DNA from: Raillietiella orientalis
Lineage: Eukaryota
Reading direction: 5' to 3'
Length of the DNA stretch: 64,000 bases
Assembly (NCBI GenBank): GCA_036172245.1
Contig: JAYWIR010000044.1
Coordinates: forward strand, 62,001-126,000
Shown here: positions 11,301 to 25,350 of the stretch, piece after piece
Position numbering within the stretch: position 1 is the first letter of the stretch
How the letters are laid out: the number at the start of each line of letters is the position of its first letter
The notes under the pieces: generated by a model
The model's input: only the letters and a program-made list of their open reading frames with translations
What the model was told of the DNA's origin: nothing
Databases searched by the model: none
Position numbers and translations under genes: made by a program

Positions 11301-14300
11301 GGTGCACGAACTCACAGTATTGCACCATTATCTGTATCCTTTATCAGGAATATGATGTAATGCTGGTAAAGTTTAAAGACAAGTGATCTTTCTGTGTTAC
11401 CACCGAATATTGGAAGGGCAACAGGCGGTTCAGAAAGCTCACTACCAGCTGAGCTTTGTAGCTTGTCAGTCACTTTTGCAAGTACGATTTTTGTCTGTGT
11501 ATCTCTGTGCATGCTAGCATACTTGTTATGTATTCAAATAATTCTTCAGTAAATAAAATATTCATATAACTCGGGGATGCTAATATTGAATTTAACTTGA
11601 ATCGCACTTAATTTACTCTCCCGTTTTATTCGGGTTATGAAAACTTTAGGTTGTCCCATATGAAAAATGGTTCCCCTTGCTTTTTAAGGTTTGAAAACTT
11701 GTCACTTCGGAACGAATTTAAGCATTCGAATCGCTATCTTTTCACGAGAATCCTTTGATGTATACACAACTACGACCTACAGAGGTCCTTTTCCATGAAA
11801 TTTCTTGAGATACTTATTAATAAATCAACTCCATACGTACCTGACCTTCCGAATAAACAGGCGATTCATTCGGTTTATGAATTATGGGCAGCTGTTTCCT
11901 AAACCTATTGCATTATTCCATCTTTTTCCCCCTTTTTCTAAGTCTTTTACATACTCGTGTGTTACACAAAATTACCAGCTTCAAGTCTGTGTTTACTTGC
12001 GAATTCAGATTTGTCAATCATGGAATCACCAACCTTTTGTGATGTGTGTGCTCAGGGAGTGGGTTATTTTCCGTTTCCCTTGCACTCCATTTGCAAACAC
12101 GATTGGCATAAGGTGGTGGTGTTTCCATATCAGTGTTGCCATGAGATCTCATTGGGATTCAGGCAGCGCGTGAATCGTATTCATTCATGGATTAAACGCA
12201 CATTATGGTTTTCGGTAATTGGTTGTGTCACAGCGTGTTCCCACTGTGAAGGCAATTGGTTAAATGTGGTCCCCAGTCCACTCATTTGAACGAATGTGTT
12301 GACCAAATTGGCTCATCCTCTGAATCGATACTACGGTAAGTGAACCACGCGATGTATAATATAGTAATATTGAGGGAGAAATTCATTAGCCATTTGGATA
12401 CCCACCGGCCAAAATTAAAATGGCATCATTGCGGGCGTGTGAAGAAATTGGAGACTTTTTTGTATGCACGAAAGCAATCTTGTTATATTTTATCACAGGA
12501 TTTAAACAAATTGTTGGTCACAAAAAAGTTACGTTGAATACTTCAAAATGGTTTTGTTCATAGACTTGTATGTTTTTTTCTTTCTTTGCTTGTTTTCTTT
12601 CTGCTTGATTTCCCCGATCACTTTTTGTGGGTTCAGAAAAGGACCAGTCTTAAGAGCTTCTTTAGGATGCCCTGGCTGTACCCAAATGTGTCCGGTAGTC
12701 GTGTCTGTGCAATACGCGTTATAAAATCTACCGACGCTTCTACAGTACGACCAGTTTGGACATTTACAGCGAAAACTCATCTGAAATTCTTCCTTGCAAG
12801 GTTCATCCCACCAGCAAGTTCTCTGCATGGCGAAGTAAAAAAGAACAGTTTATTAAAATGTAGTATTTGATGTTGGTTTTGAGCTTAACATTTGAATAAT
12901 ATAACTATGCATTCTATGACTCGCGTGTTCTAAATACACCAAGTTTTACAATACAGTCCAGAATTTACCGTGGAAGTTTACTTTGTAGTTTGGGAATTTT
13001 GTTTTTTTCACAGGTTTATTCGACGTTGTTCGATTTTCGTGGAATGCATTTAGAAAATTGAAAAGCTACGTTACGGTTATGAGTTTTATGGATCCAAGAA
13101 CGTGGTGGTCATGACCCTCAAGGGTGAAGGGGCCAAGTTTCTGGGCATGCTTCAAGGGAGAAACCGAAGAGGCTGTTAACAGAGGCAGCTGGAGAAAAGT
13201 GGACGTGAGAAAAAAACAAAATGAATGGAGAATGCATCGAAGAGGTAGCAACGTATGAAAGATGATCCCTCTTCAAAGCAAGAGCGGCGTTGGAAGAATG
13301 AGGGAATTTTCATCCCTTGCGTCTCACACAGCCGCTGTATTCTGCAGTTGAGGGGGGGGGGGGGAAGGGGGGAAGAGAACTGAAGTGGCATTTGATTTGT
13401 TTGCCACTTGGTCAATGACCCATAGAAAGCTTCAGAGAATTTTCGTGTTCATTGATAAGCACCAATTTTGAATAACCAAAGCAGGAAAAAAAAGCAAAAA
13501 CGGTGATGTTTGGGACGGTTGCGATGCAGAAGTGCGGCGGCGTAGCGTAAGGGTTCCATACTTACATGTCCAACATCAGGTTCGCAAAGTGTGTTTGCAA
13601 AACTGTGTGTGAGCCAACATCTTGTGTTTATTATTCAAAGGAAATGAATTCAGTGTCGGAGACTTAACTCTGACTGTGTCATTTTTTTTTTTCTTTCAAT
13701 CTCAATTTCTTGAAAGTAAATGCTCTTTAACCATGCAGCATGCATGTACTTTAAAAGGAAACAATGCTTACTCACTTCATTCTGCAAGAGCTGAATCGTT
13801 TCATCTACTCGTCCTCTTTTTCTTAATTGAGTGTAAACACATGATAAAGTAATTAAAAACAATTGCCATTGTATGAGCATTATAGAAGTTTCTTTCTGAA
13901 CTTCTTATGGTAACGCTGAAGCTGGAAATGCCTTATTTAGATGCTCACATTATGAATAACCTTTAATCTAAAAGGAACACTAAGATATCAAGTAAATCTT
14001 TGATATTAAAATTTCTTCAATTGCCAAGCAAAGATGGCCTTTTCGAAGACAGTAAACAAACAGATCTAACTTCCTTGACAATCGAGTTCCAGCGGATCAA
14101 ATGCTGGGCAATCGCTGAAATGGCTGAGGCTTTGCCATTATGAAACCTCCGATCAGTGTACACGATTTGCGATTCTCAAAACTTTCGACTCTGAATCCGT
14201 ACAAGGAAGCTGCCGACTCTTTCGGGAGCGCCCTCGCCGGCTGGAACTCGAGCAAGGGTTTCTGCTCAGGATGCAGCCGCTTCCGTTTTCCGGAAACCCC

Positions 14301-15449
14301 AAGCAAACGTTTCGAAGCAAGCATCATGAAAGCTCATCTCGGCACACGCAAGCACGCAGCACTGGGAAGCATGCTGAGGTCGTGCTGATCTGCAATCTTA
14401 CTGCATTCATGAGTCAATCGGCAGCCGGCGAACCGGATTTCCATAGCCGCAATGGAAGTAATTAATCATGCGTTCGTGGTTGAAGAGCTCGAGTTCGAGG
14501 ATACGACAGACCCTTCCATTCCAAAAGTAGGCATCCAGAAATCCTCACTGTGATTCGGCTGCAGGCTCGAAACGTCCACGCTTCTAAGTCTTCTAATTTT
14601 CGGAACATTCCCAATAACATCCGATGCTGGTTGATTCCCAATCCATTCGCGCGCTTACGGATGTACGTACATACGCGTACATATGTATTTGCCTTGTTTT
14701 GGACGTTGTCGCGAACGAAATAACCACGACCCAGTTTATTCATAGTGCCCATTCATAAGTGTAGGTCGAGCAAACTAACCGGAAACGTACTATGAGTAAA
14801 CCTAGTTATTCGACGCCAGGCATTAAATCTGAGGAATCATTATCTGAGGAAAGAAAGAAAGAAAGAAAAACACGAAGGTTTTTTTCTGAAAGAGCTGAAA
14901 GGTCTAAAGTCCGAGAAAAAAAGGTTGAAAGGAAAAAAAAAGCGGCGGAAAAGGAACATTAATGTGAAAATCAGCTGAGAAAACGGAAAGCCCAAGTGAA
15001 AACCGCAAGATTGATGTACCTTTGCAAATCATGAGATGGCTAATTGCGAGACTAAAATGACATAATGCATAGAAAAATGATGACTTGTTTCTGGTGAAAA
15101 TACAGGAAAGCTTCAAAAGGGCTTTGTAAAAATGAATGTCAAACATGCAAAGAAGCCGGGAAGAAGAAAAAAAGCGCTCCTAAGAAAATTCTCTTGCTGT
15201 TTCCAAGGGAAAATAGTTTCCCTAAATGCTGAAATGAACGTCCTTAGCAAGGAAATCAGCGTACGACGATAATCACAAAATTCAAGATGGCCGAAAAATT
15301 AATGAAGAAGGCAGGCATCCCTGAAGATGGGAAAAGTGCTCCGCGTAATGCAGCTGGAAGAATATAACACATGCAGACATAGAAAAGAAGTGTACTTCAA
15401 CAATAAAATAGATAAACGTGCCTTGTGCATGCTCCAAATGATTTATACG

Positions 15450-16190
15450 TTATGGAAATGCAAAGCAAGCAAGTAATGTCCCCAAAATGCTTAGAGTGGG
15501 AACATGCATCGTCGAAGAGTCAAAGGAAATTCGAAGATTCAGAAGTGTCAACTGACGGATTACTCAAGAAGAATGACCTGTAATAAATTGTTGTAAGACA
15601 CTGCTGTTAGTAAAAATTAAGGAAAACCGTAATCCTTGAGGGATTTTGGAGATACATCAGATCTAGGGATAAGAACCTCTTTTTGAGGGCGTAAAACCAA
15701 CCAGATTTCAGAGCGAAAATGAAGACAAAGAAGTGATCCAATTCTTTCTAATGGCGACACGGATGCTAACCAAAAAAAGTGCAACAGGTGGGACTTCGGG
15801 AATTGGACTGGGCGTTCTGCAAGTGAAGCGAAGCACGAAGGGAAGAGAGGGCAAAGGTTTTTTCACCACCGTGTTTGCAGGTCCCTCTTCAAGGCATTAG
15901 AAGCATAGATTTCGAAATGGCTGGAGAAGACTGAAAAGAATCCATGCAAGTAAACTTCAGTAATCGACGAAGTTGTTGGTAGATGGAAGATATCTCTCTT
16001 AGCGAATTAGAAACAGCACCAGCAGGTTTCTATGAACAGAGAAGAACCGGCCAATGATGGATGTCAAGGATAGCGTTGAAGCACATGATGCCATCAAAAA
16101 TTGAGAAAAAACACAGCTATAGAAGGATAGCTACCCTGAGACAGTGCGACGTTAATGCACAGGCAATGCTGAACCAGAATACGGACTACT
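15450..16190 (+). mobile_element. Decayed RTE-type LINE 3' portion, tentative
   Basis: ALEA..EM..WRRLKRI..EV (cf. LEAFEMWCWRRMLRI..NEEV) and a tail GCTGAACCAGAATACGGACT resembling RTE 3' ends. Confidence 0.45.
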
Positions 16191-19100
16191 CGACCAGTAA
16201 ATGTTGTTTCATTTCAGTAATTCTGGAATGAAGCATGTACCAGTCTCCCAAGAGCTTACTTACGTTACAGCTCAACAATTTGGCGCCAAGTCGATTTCTT
16301 TCTATGGAATGGGATAGATTTTCTAACCCCCGCCCCCAGAAAGAAACTGGAAACCGTATCCAGCGCTGCTGAATTGAAAAATTCGATGCCTGGTTGACGC
16401 TCAGAGAGCATCGAGTTTGGAAGGTTCTCATTTCAGTCCTAGAACTACAGATATGAAAAAGATGCTTGGAAATGGGGAAAGGGCATTTCTCTTAATGATG
16501 GGAATGCCAAAAAGTAACCGTGTCTAATGCAGATAGTCAGGAAATAAATCCATTTCTTCTTAAAGTTGTTGCCCGTCTTTGAATTCTCCAGGTCGTCCAA
16601 AGCGGAGCATCAACTTTGTGTGGGAGAACTCTTCCAATTGCAATTCATCTTTTCCTTTTTAACAACCTCTAACGCAGCAAAACCCACAGTGTGCGTGCGA
16701 AGCCTGAGATGCAGTAAGAGACCCACCACCTCAGCAGTAGTTGAGGTGACTTTAGTCCTTGAATGACGTACCCCCATAAGGTCAACACTAGAAAGACATA
16801 ATAGGAAGGAAAAAAAGAAAAAGTGGGTAGCCCGAAGTCATCCCCGACTTAGCAGCAAAGTTCGCATGCTGACAAAAATGTGTGCACCTTGAATCGAACG
16901 AATATGTTTTTCTTTCTTTCTTGATGCTGAAAGTCTGCACTTCATCAAGAATGATCTCACTGTTTACGCTTTAAAAGCATCATGTTCACAATCACCACCA
17001 ATTTGTGCCATGGTGAGTACATAGGTCAGTGCAGGTTGATCAGAGTCCCCTTCAAGAATGCTAATGAATGCTACCTGCAAGCATGAAATGTGGTGACTCT
17101 GCAGATAACCTAGAAAAAGCAAAGAAAGCTACCTGAGGGTCCACTCTTTTCATCCAGAAAACCCAGCTAAAAGAACAAAAAACTAATTAAAAGGGTTTGT
17201 AATGTTTTTTTTTTTCCTTTGTTTCAAGAATTCGATAAGGAAATGGTACTCTCAAAAGGTAATAGTAAAATCTAGGCCTGTACTTGACCTTTGTAACAAG
17301 GATACTTCGATCCTTCAAATTGTCAGTGGAAATTGTCCTGAAAACACAGGTGACCAATGGCTAAATGTATCACACTTGTTTGGATGCAACAAACGTAGAG
17401 TAGCTCCAATTGACAGTTGATGGACAGAAACGAATTCATCTGCTCAGAAAGGCCCTTACGGAATGCAGAAAAGAAGAGGGTGTTTATCCTGTTGAGATCT
17501 ACTGAGCTCTAATCTCATATTTTCTTTATGACCATCAGCAATTGAATGGTGTTTGAATGTAGCAAGAAAAACTTCACATTTATGAATAAACAACACCATA
17601 TTTGAACCTTTAAAATTTTCAAATTGAAAATTTTAAATGCTGTTGACTTTCTGCCTTCTCTATGTTTACCAATCCACATTGGGAAGCACATGCACTGAAA
17701 CTGGAGCCCCACAGAACGTATATTGAGACAAAACATATCACAGAGCCCAGTAGAAGTAAAACATGCAGGTAAACAACCGCGATGTCACCTTATGCAGGTA
17801 TTGTTTGCACAGACGATTATTCCCAATGGTATTGATAACAGGTGCAAACAGCACAGCATTGAATGATCACGGAAAACTGAAACAATACTAATGTTTCCAA
17901 ATGCTTCAATTAATTTTCAATGCAGCTGTAAGACCAGAACACAATAAGTCGAGTACATTTTTACTTTGGAGAAAGTGATGATGCATTAAGCTCTGGGGAA
18001 GTGCCTCATGCAAAGCATTTCATGCAATAGTTGAGGAACATTTGTCCTTATTAATTATGTTCGTGCAAACATTCTTCAAAAACTCGGTCAGCATACTCTT
18101 TATGATATGCACCCTAGTGGAACACAGATTTTAAATAAAAGTGCATTTCCAAAAAAGTTTTGGTGTCCCTCCTAAAATATTGATTTCCACATAAAAAATA
18201 CCTAGAGTTAACAAGCATGCTTGCAGTTTAATAGTATTCTATAATGTACTCAGTAGTTTGAGGTATTAATAATATATAACTAACACCCACATGCTATACT
18301 ATACATTACAAGCATAATGCTGAAAACTTGATGTTTTGTTCCTGCAATGTTCTGCGAATAACATTAAAGATTGCAGATCACCCAGTTTACGATTTGAAGG
18401 GCCTTCAAAAAGCCTGGACACAATCGCGAAATTCTTAAATACACAAGAAGTTTAATTGATTTGTTTTTTTTAAACCCAACTTTCCTGCAGGGTGCTCGTC
18501 ATTCCTTACGAACGGAGGGCATGTGATGAGAATTTCAAAACCCATTATGGGCACGCCATGGTAAGATTAAGAGAATTTATGAGATACTCTAATATTTTCC
18601 TCCTAAAAAGACTGACGAAAATGCCTACCGTAAAGGCGAAGTCCTTTCAACGCAGGCGGAAAGAAACCTTCAAAGGAAATAGGCCTACTGGACGCAGGGG
18701 GCCACCAATTCAAATGAATTGCCATTGCTGTTTCTCATAATTTGTGAAATCAATTATTTGAGGTTTAATATATTTTGAAGTTTTGTCCCAGCAACTACAC
18801 GTTTGTGTGGCCATTACGTAAATAGTATTTTTGTAGTTGATATCTGCATCTACTGAGGGTTTTTTTTTTTTTGTTGTTCCCCTGTGACTCCAGAATTTCC
18901 AAAAACGAAACGTGAAATCCTACGAAATGATCTGAAGGGATCACGAAGGTAGAAATTATGAAAGAGGGAGAGCAAAGTTTGACTGCGTTTTTTCCCTTTC
19001 ATTTTATCGGTGGTTTTCACGTCACCAATGCTGACGGTCGATGGACGAAATTTGCTGGGTTTCATGCAAAGATTCGAGAATGCAGCTCGTTGATGACCCT

Positions 19101-20049
19101 TAGCCAGATAGAGGCCTTTAGGAATTGCTGTCAAAGTTTGTGAACCGCTTTTCAGAAGTAGTCATTCGGAAACACGGCAAGAAGTAAGAGCAACGAAACA
19201 AACTTTAGTCGATACAGGAAGATTCTTGTGGCGATACTGCAAGTAGCATTGCCATCTTTAGGAGGTTTTGGGCAGTACTGCGAAAAGTTTATTGATTTGA
19301 AAGAGATAACTGGTAGTCACGATTCCGCTTTTATTATACAAACGTGTGTCAACATCGAAAAAAAAAAGGAAGCCGTTTCCTTACTGTTAGCAAACTATAC
19401 ATGCTGTTCTTTTCTCAATTCTTGAGTTATAACAGATACTTGGCGGACGAAAGTTCCATTCTTTTCACATTTTTTTTTTTTTTTTTAAATTCGAGCACCG
19501 ACCGCTGTATACAAAGAGCTTTTTTATGCAACCATGAGCGCGAATGTTTATGGATTAAACTTTTTTTCGTGAGTTTAGTCCACCACCATGAGCTGTTTCA
19601 TGAAAGTGACTTGCAGCAAGAAAAGTTCAATGTTCGAAAAAGCTGCTGTCAAACATCAACAGGGCATGCAAGGCAGTGTGCCTCAACAGCAAACAGGAAT
19701 TCTATGGTGGCATGCAAAAAGGACCGGGATGTCGCGTGCATCATCGGACTTGATGAGTCTGGAAGTTGGGAACCTCAGTTTCGTTTCTAAGGTGCACCGC
19801 CACAACATGCATCCGTGAATGTATGTGCTAGACAAATTTTGGATTCTTCGGCAGCTGCAATGATTTCCTAGCAATCAATAGATGTAAGCTGATCTGGGAA
19901 GCATACTTTTTTTTTTTTCTTTACACTTTACTGATCGTACACTTACATCTACTATTTATGGGGTAACGCAATAAAACGAACAATATGCACAGCAAGTATA
20001 TGACGGACATCTACTCACATTTTGAGTTTACAGTCCAGTCAACGGTGGC

Positions 20050-21100
20050 ATTAAATGCAGAAACACTTTCAGTTCTCGAGGATGTTGTTCCACAGACACT
20101 TACGTAACCTTGATTCTTCAATAGCGTTCAAGGAACTGGTTGATGCTGGATGTGCAACGCCAGATACAATTAAGGGAACTGGATTTTGCATTGTCAGTAC
20201 TGGAGTTCATTCTTCTGGGTTTTCTTTACTTTTACCGGATCACATGTGTTTACAGAGCATTCCGTGGTACTTTTTCTTTGCGTTTCAGGACTCTCAGGAG
20301 GAAAATTTCACTTCGCAGTTTCAGAAATTTACATTCGTGCAATCCAGAAAGCTAATGAGAAATGCCCAAAGCAGATGGGAGCAATGCTCAGCAGAACTAG
20401 ATTGAAGATTCAATATATTAAAAGTTCCAAAAAAAAAAGAAAGAAAGAAAAGAAAAGAACATGTATTGTACTCTGCATTAATCTCCAGAGTTTTGTTTGA
20501 AGACCATGAGAAACACAAAAAGAGGAAAATGCGCAAGGAAAAAAATTGCATACGATTTCTGTACTCATGAAATCGAGCCAATCCACGTTCAGCCTTCGTT
20601 TGCTTTGAGTTAGAAACACATCCCAGAAAAGTGTACAAACCTTTATTGAAAATTTTTTTATTTTTTGAAATCCCAGCTTGCCTTGGAGTTACTTTCAAAT
20701 CTATGAATGGATTTTTCAATGAGATGCTGCGTAACGAAAGCAGCATCTCATTATTTGGAAGCTGCAAATAAGGGAGGGAGCTAGCAAAATTCCCAAATAC
20801 TGATGTTCTTTGGTTAGGAATCTTGCTGAAAAAGTTCGAGATCCCCAAATGCTTAACAGAAGTTCGAAAGACTCCGGAGCCGATGCTACTTGGAAATCAA
20901 GTTGATTAATTGGTTGAAGTGATGTGCTGGAGCTCATCAAACGCCATGCATCCAAGACGGAACTGAAGGTTTGATGCCAATATGCTCTCGATAAAAGAAT
21001 GTTCGCGAAGAGCGGTTCCCACGGTCCCAGGCACAAATAATTGTAGTCTTGGAATTCTCATCGCAAAAATTCTTCTAGGATCCCTGTTTGAAGGGAAAAT
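20050..21100 (-). mobile_element. Decayed Penelope-like element, tentative
   Basis: CLGPWEPLFANILL (cf. GSPLxPxLANI), SLPYL (cf. LPFLD), and downstream SGVAH..AIEESR..EQH (cf. GVVY..YIGETxR..EH). Confidence 0.35.
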
Positions 21101-24079
21101 CAGAAATCCATTTCTGCAATAAGGGAAGACATTTTTTCCCGCTCCACGAGAAATCGAGAGGAAGTTTCCCCAAACTAGGTACCTCTCTAAGCGGAAACCT
21201 GAAGTTTGCTTCGCCTCGACCAAAGAAAAGGTCAAGTATTGATAAGAGAAAATGCGAGGAGGCATGCACTCTTGTGATATAGAAAAAGACTAAAGGAATC
21301 GCAGTGATCCCCGAATTTCTGCCCACTACACTAATCCATGGACGCCGGCCCAAGCAATAGTGTGCACTCTATGTGGCCGCGTTGCCATCTGGACTTCCGG
21401 GTATCCACTGAGGTGATAAACCGTTCCAGGACGAAGAGAAGCGATCAAAAATCACTCATAGACGGCTCTGGAAGAGGTGAGCTAGAAGAAGGAGAACAAG
21501 CACTGAGCACTGGCCCTCCCCTTCTCCTCCAAAGGAGTATCTGCTATTAAATGAACTGTAAATGTTGTGGGATCCCTGAAATCTTGGATTCTGAGAAATG
21601 GAGACACATCAGCAAGGAAATAATGCGTCCGAACGTCCAATGCTGGAGGAACTCCGAAAAGCATAAGAGCTGAACGGAAGAAACTTCCCACCCTGTCAGC
21701 TGGCAACCGCCATTGCTTCCCCTTGCGAAAGTCCTTACAGGGTAGCCAAGTCCTTACAGACTGTATTTGGTAGTAGGAACCCTGGAATCAAAAGACCCAC
21801 CAAGCAGGAAGTCCTACGGGAACCTGGGATCCCGTCTGCCTGCCGTCTTGATCCCAGGACCGCCTTAGTAAGCAGCGTACGGAGTGTAATGGGTAGCTTA
21901 TGTAACTCACGAGTCTCAAGTAAATGTTTACAAACTCACTACACATTATACTCCTCCTCCTGTGGTCACAGCATCACGACTTCGCCAGCACGAATGTGTC
22001 TTGGTGGGGAAGTCGGAAAGATGCCCCAGACTAATCCGAAAGTATTTTCGTAACATGAAGAGAGACCCTTTGAATGGTGAAGACAGCAGTGCCCAGAAGA
22101 TAGCAGGCAGAATGGTGTGGAGGTTGTGCAGACCCAGCGTAAGGACGAGAAAGGAGGTTTGCCAACTGAAGCCTCTTGAAGAGAGGAACTTTACCGAAGA
22201 GAGTTTCCCATGAAAACGTCCTAAATGTTGATACACAGGGTGCATCACTAAAGATCCGCCCAACCCAAGTCTTTGTCCCAAAGCCACACCCAAGATAGGC
22301 TGGTTTTCTAGACCGCATTTTTGTGCTCCATGCCGATGGCGCGCATTGACGTCACGCCGCCGCAAAGTTGGACTGGAGGCGGAACAAGGTCTCTCATCCT
22401 GAATGTCATCAATGTTTGACATGTTTCTACAGGAAACTCTCTTCAGAGGAGCTCCTTCCTCCCTCAGACTCCATGCTGAAACGTAAGGGAGCATGGGTTT
22501 TCCTCAGGGGCCATGGCCATCATGAATGCTCTCATCTTCACCAGTCGAACTGGGACCGATTTTGCAGAGGGGAGTCAACCGGCCGTGATCCTTTGAGGAG
22601 CAGCGCTCGTGCAATTGGTGCTCTCGGAGTTACAGTGAAATAAACATCGTTAAAGTTGATTGCAGGGGAGTATAGTAGGACCAGCGGATAGGAGAGACAT
22701 GGGCCTTGGAATGATAGAAAAAGGGCCGTGGCATTCTTGACCCAGCTAGACTGAGAGGGCGCTAAGGAGACGATTTTAGAACTTGACGAATGCAATATTC
22801 AATGTGAGCCAAGAGTTCGGAATTTCCGAGATGGCGAACGTGAGCTCTCTCGTATCTACTTCCATCACCTTTCTCATTTCGTGTCACGCAAACTCAACTG
22901 AAGGACCTCTTGGAATGAGCTGAAATGATTAAACAGAAGGGGGGAAAAAGATGAAAGGCTATTTGGCTACAAAAGGCTTAGTCGAACTTGGGAGAGGAAG
23001 GTCCAGTGACGTGGAATTTTTCTCAGGTTAATGAGCAAATAAATCCAAACCCCAAATCCAGAGCTTACGACAATTCTCATACCCGGAGAGTCCCTCAAAG
23101 ATGCGTTCCCTCCGAAATCTTCACCCCGCTCGCCAGTCGTTGCAAACAGTGGACCTGGAAGACGGGCACTTTCCCGCAGAGGTGTCCAGCAGCAATAGAG
23201 AAAGACCAAAATCCCTTCTCAGAGAAATAGCAGAGCTATTCGACCGACATCCCAGAGGGCAGCTGCCAACCGGAAAACTGCAAAGCTTGGCAGTCGTGGA
23301 CGGCGAAGTTTCGGCTTCAAAAACGCAGCCAGGACGATGAAGCCACGTGTCGGCGACTGACCAAACTCGGGAATTTCACGTCAGGCGAAGCGGAAAAATC
23401 TGCCAAAGCCCGCCCAAGTTGGGCGGCCAACTTAGGCACTCCTGCAGAGCAACCGCAGTTACAGAACAGCCAGGATTCCCTACACTTGCCAGACGGACGC
23501 TAACGTGGTGCACTTCAGGAAGGGAACTACCCCTTGGACGCCGTAAACTGAATCAAGAGGCAGAATCTCTGCAGAGAACGTGCATGCCAATGGGGAGATC
23601 TTCCTGGGAGTACGGTGGACACTGACATTTTCCAGGAACTTTCAGAGAGGCGAATGAGTGAATCGCTAGGAGCTCCCAGCGAAACTGCGGCATCTCTTGG
23701 TACTGACCGTACACTGGGCCCCGCGCAGGAACGATCTTTTGCAACATGCCTCGGGAGAGGGTGAAACCCAGTCGGCAAAAGCTCTGGCGGAAAGGAGACT
23801 TTCCCGCGCCTGCTGGTGCAGCGCATGGATTGCAAGACGCTGGGAGACAACATAGCCTGCTCCGTCCGCATCTTGGCCCCGAAGACCTGCTTCCACGCAA
23901 AAGCGGTCTCTCGAAAGCGGTAACAGTTTGTGTTTGCGAGCTTGATCCGTGGAGTTGTGGTGTCCGGATGCTCCACAGAGTACCGGAAACGAACTGTGGA
24001 CGTTTTCCAGGTGTGCAAAGCATCGCTGCAAGCAGGACATATCATGCTCCAAGAATGCGAAGAATAGATGGACACGGAC

Positions 24080-25350
24080 ATTCAGAAAGATGTTACAAAT
24101 TTGCAAAGTTCGCCGTGGATCTCGAGGAGCTTCAACGGATCGCACTGAGTCCGGTGGTGGTTCCACAATGCAGAAACGCTGTTGTATTCGCCGCAACTTT
24201 TTCTGATGAGAAGGTGCAGTCTCTTTCCGGTCTTGTGCTCCCTTGAGCCTGCTTGAAAAAAAAAGCATCCTTTATAGGTTCCTCCTTCTGGACACGAAGA
24301 CTTTTCTGGCTCTCGACAGACTCGGTGTCGAACCAGGACATGCAATTTGTGTCTGCTGGGCCCGATAGCTCTCTGCACTCACACAAGTTAGAAACTTGCC
24401 AACCCGTCATGAGAGGGGCGAATTAGTGGTCGACCGCCGGCATTGGATTCCCAGAGGCACAGAAACCCGCTAACACCGTTCTGGGTTCGCAGGAAGTCTG
24501 CGTCGGCCGATGCGTTCAAAAAGTAGGAAGTTACGAGAAATGTAGAGGAACTCTATCAACGAAGAGGATGGATAGAAACATTAGAATGACGTATGAATAC
24601 GGACGAAAGCTGTGTAGTTGTTCTTCCCAGAGGTCATCCACTCCTCAAAGCTGGGGTTGTTCTCCAAGACCGACAGGACTGCATCGACTGTTGACTAGGG
24701 AGCCCAATCGAGTAGTACTCAGCATTCCGAGTAGAGCCCCAAAAGGTTCCTCGCTCCGGTGGCGTAGGCTCTCTGTGTGGACAGCTACCTCAAGCTGCTG
24801 GCGTAGAAAGACGAGACTGGTACCCTCAGAGGGGTGATTAGAAGAAAAATCCTGGAACTCCTCTCGGAAGAAAGCCTCTGAAGACTCACGTCCAGGGACA
24901 ACGAAGACGCGTTCGTCCTGAGGACAGTAGGACATCCACCATTGGAGGAAAAAGAAATCTTTGAGCATGAAGGCCACACCAAATTCTCTGGTTACAGATG
25001 TACTGAGCGGCTCGGCGGCTGCATGGTATGTCTTCACCCACTGCCCTCACTTCCGGCTTGCCCATTTGATATTCTTTTGCTTCCGTTAAGTGCTTTTCTG
25101 CTCAACAGCAGCGGATGTTCGTTACTGAATCAAAACGTACAAAGCCTGTTCTTCGATGGAGACCAGCAACAGTCACGCCACACTTGGCTGCTCTTCCGCT
25201 TGACCACGTGGCATCCGAACCAGGGAAAATGCCTACCGACTGATAGGAGGGGAGGTAAGCAGCGACGAATTTCGTATGGGCGCAAACGTATGTAAGCGAG
25301 AGTTGGGCTGACGACGGAACACGATGCTGGGTACACTGTCTTCAAGGAGT
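24080..25350 (+). mobile_element. Decayed LINE ORF1 zinc-knuckle/AP-endonuclease remnant, tentative
   Basis: RCYKFAKF..PQCRN (cf. RCxKCQxFGH..PxCxNC) followed by KFSGY..RLGG and GDQQQSRHTW (cf. GDFNxxHxxW). Confidence 0.3.

Noticed and set aside
18491..18560. Plus-strand exon-like segment (tttcctgcag|...ATG|gtaaga)
   Set aside because: Good splice signals but no partner exons or recognisable peptide; unsupported without RNA data.
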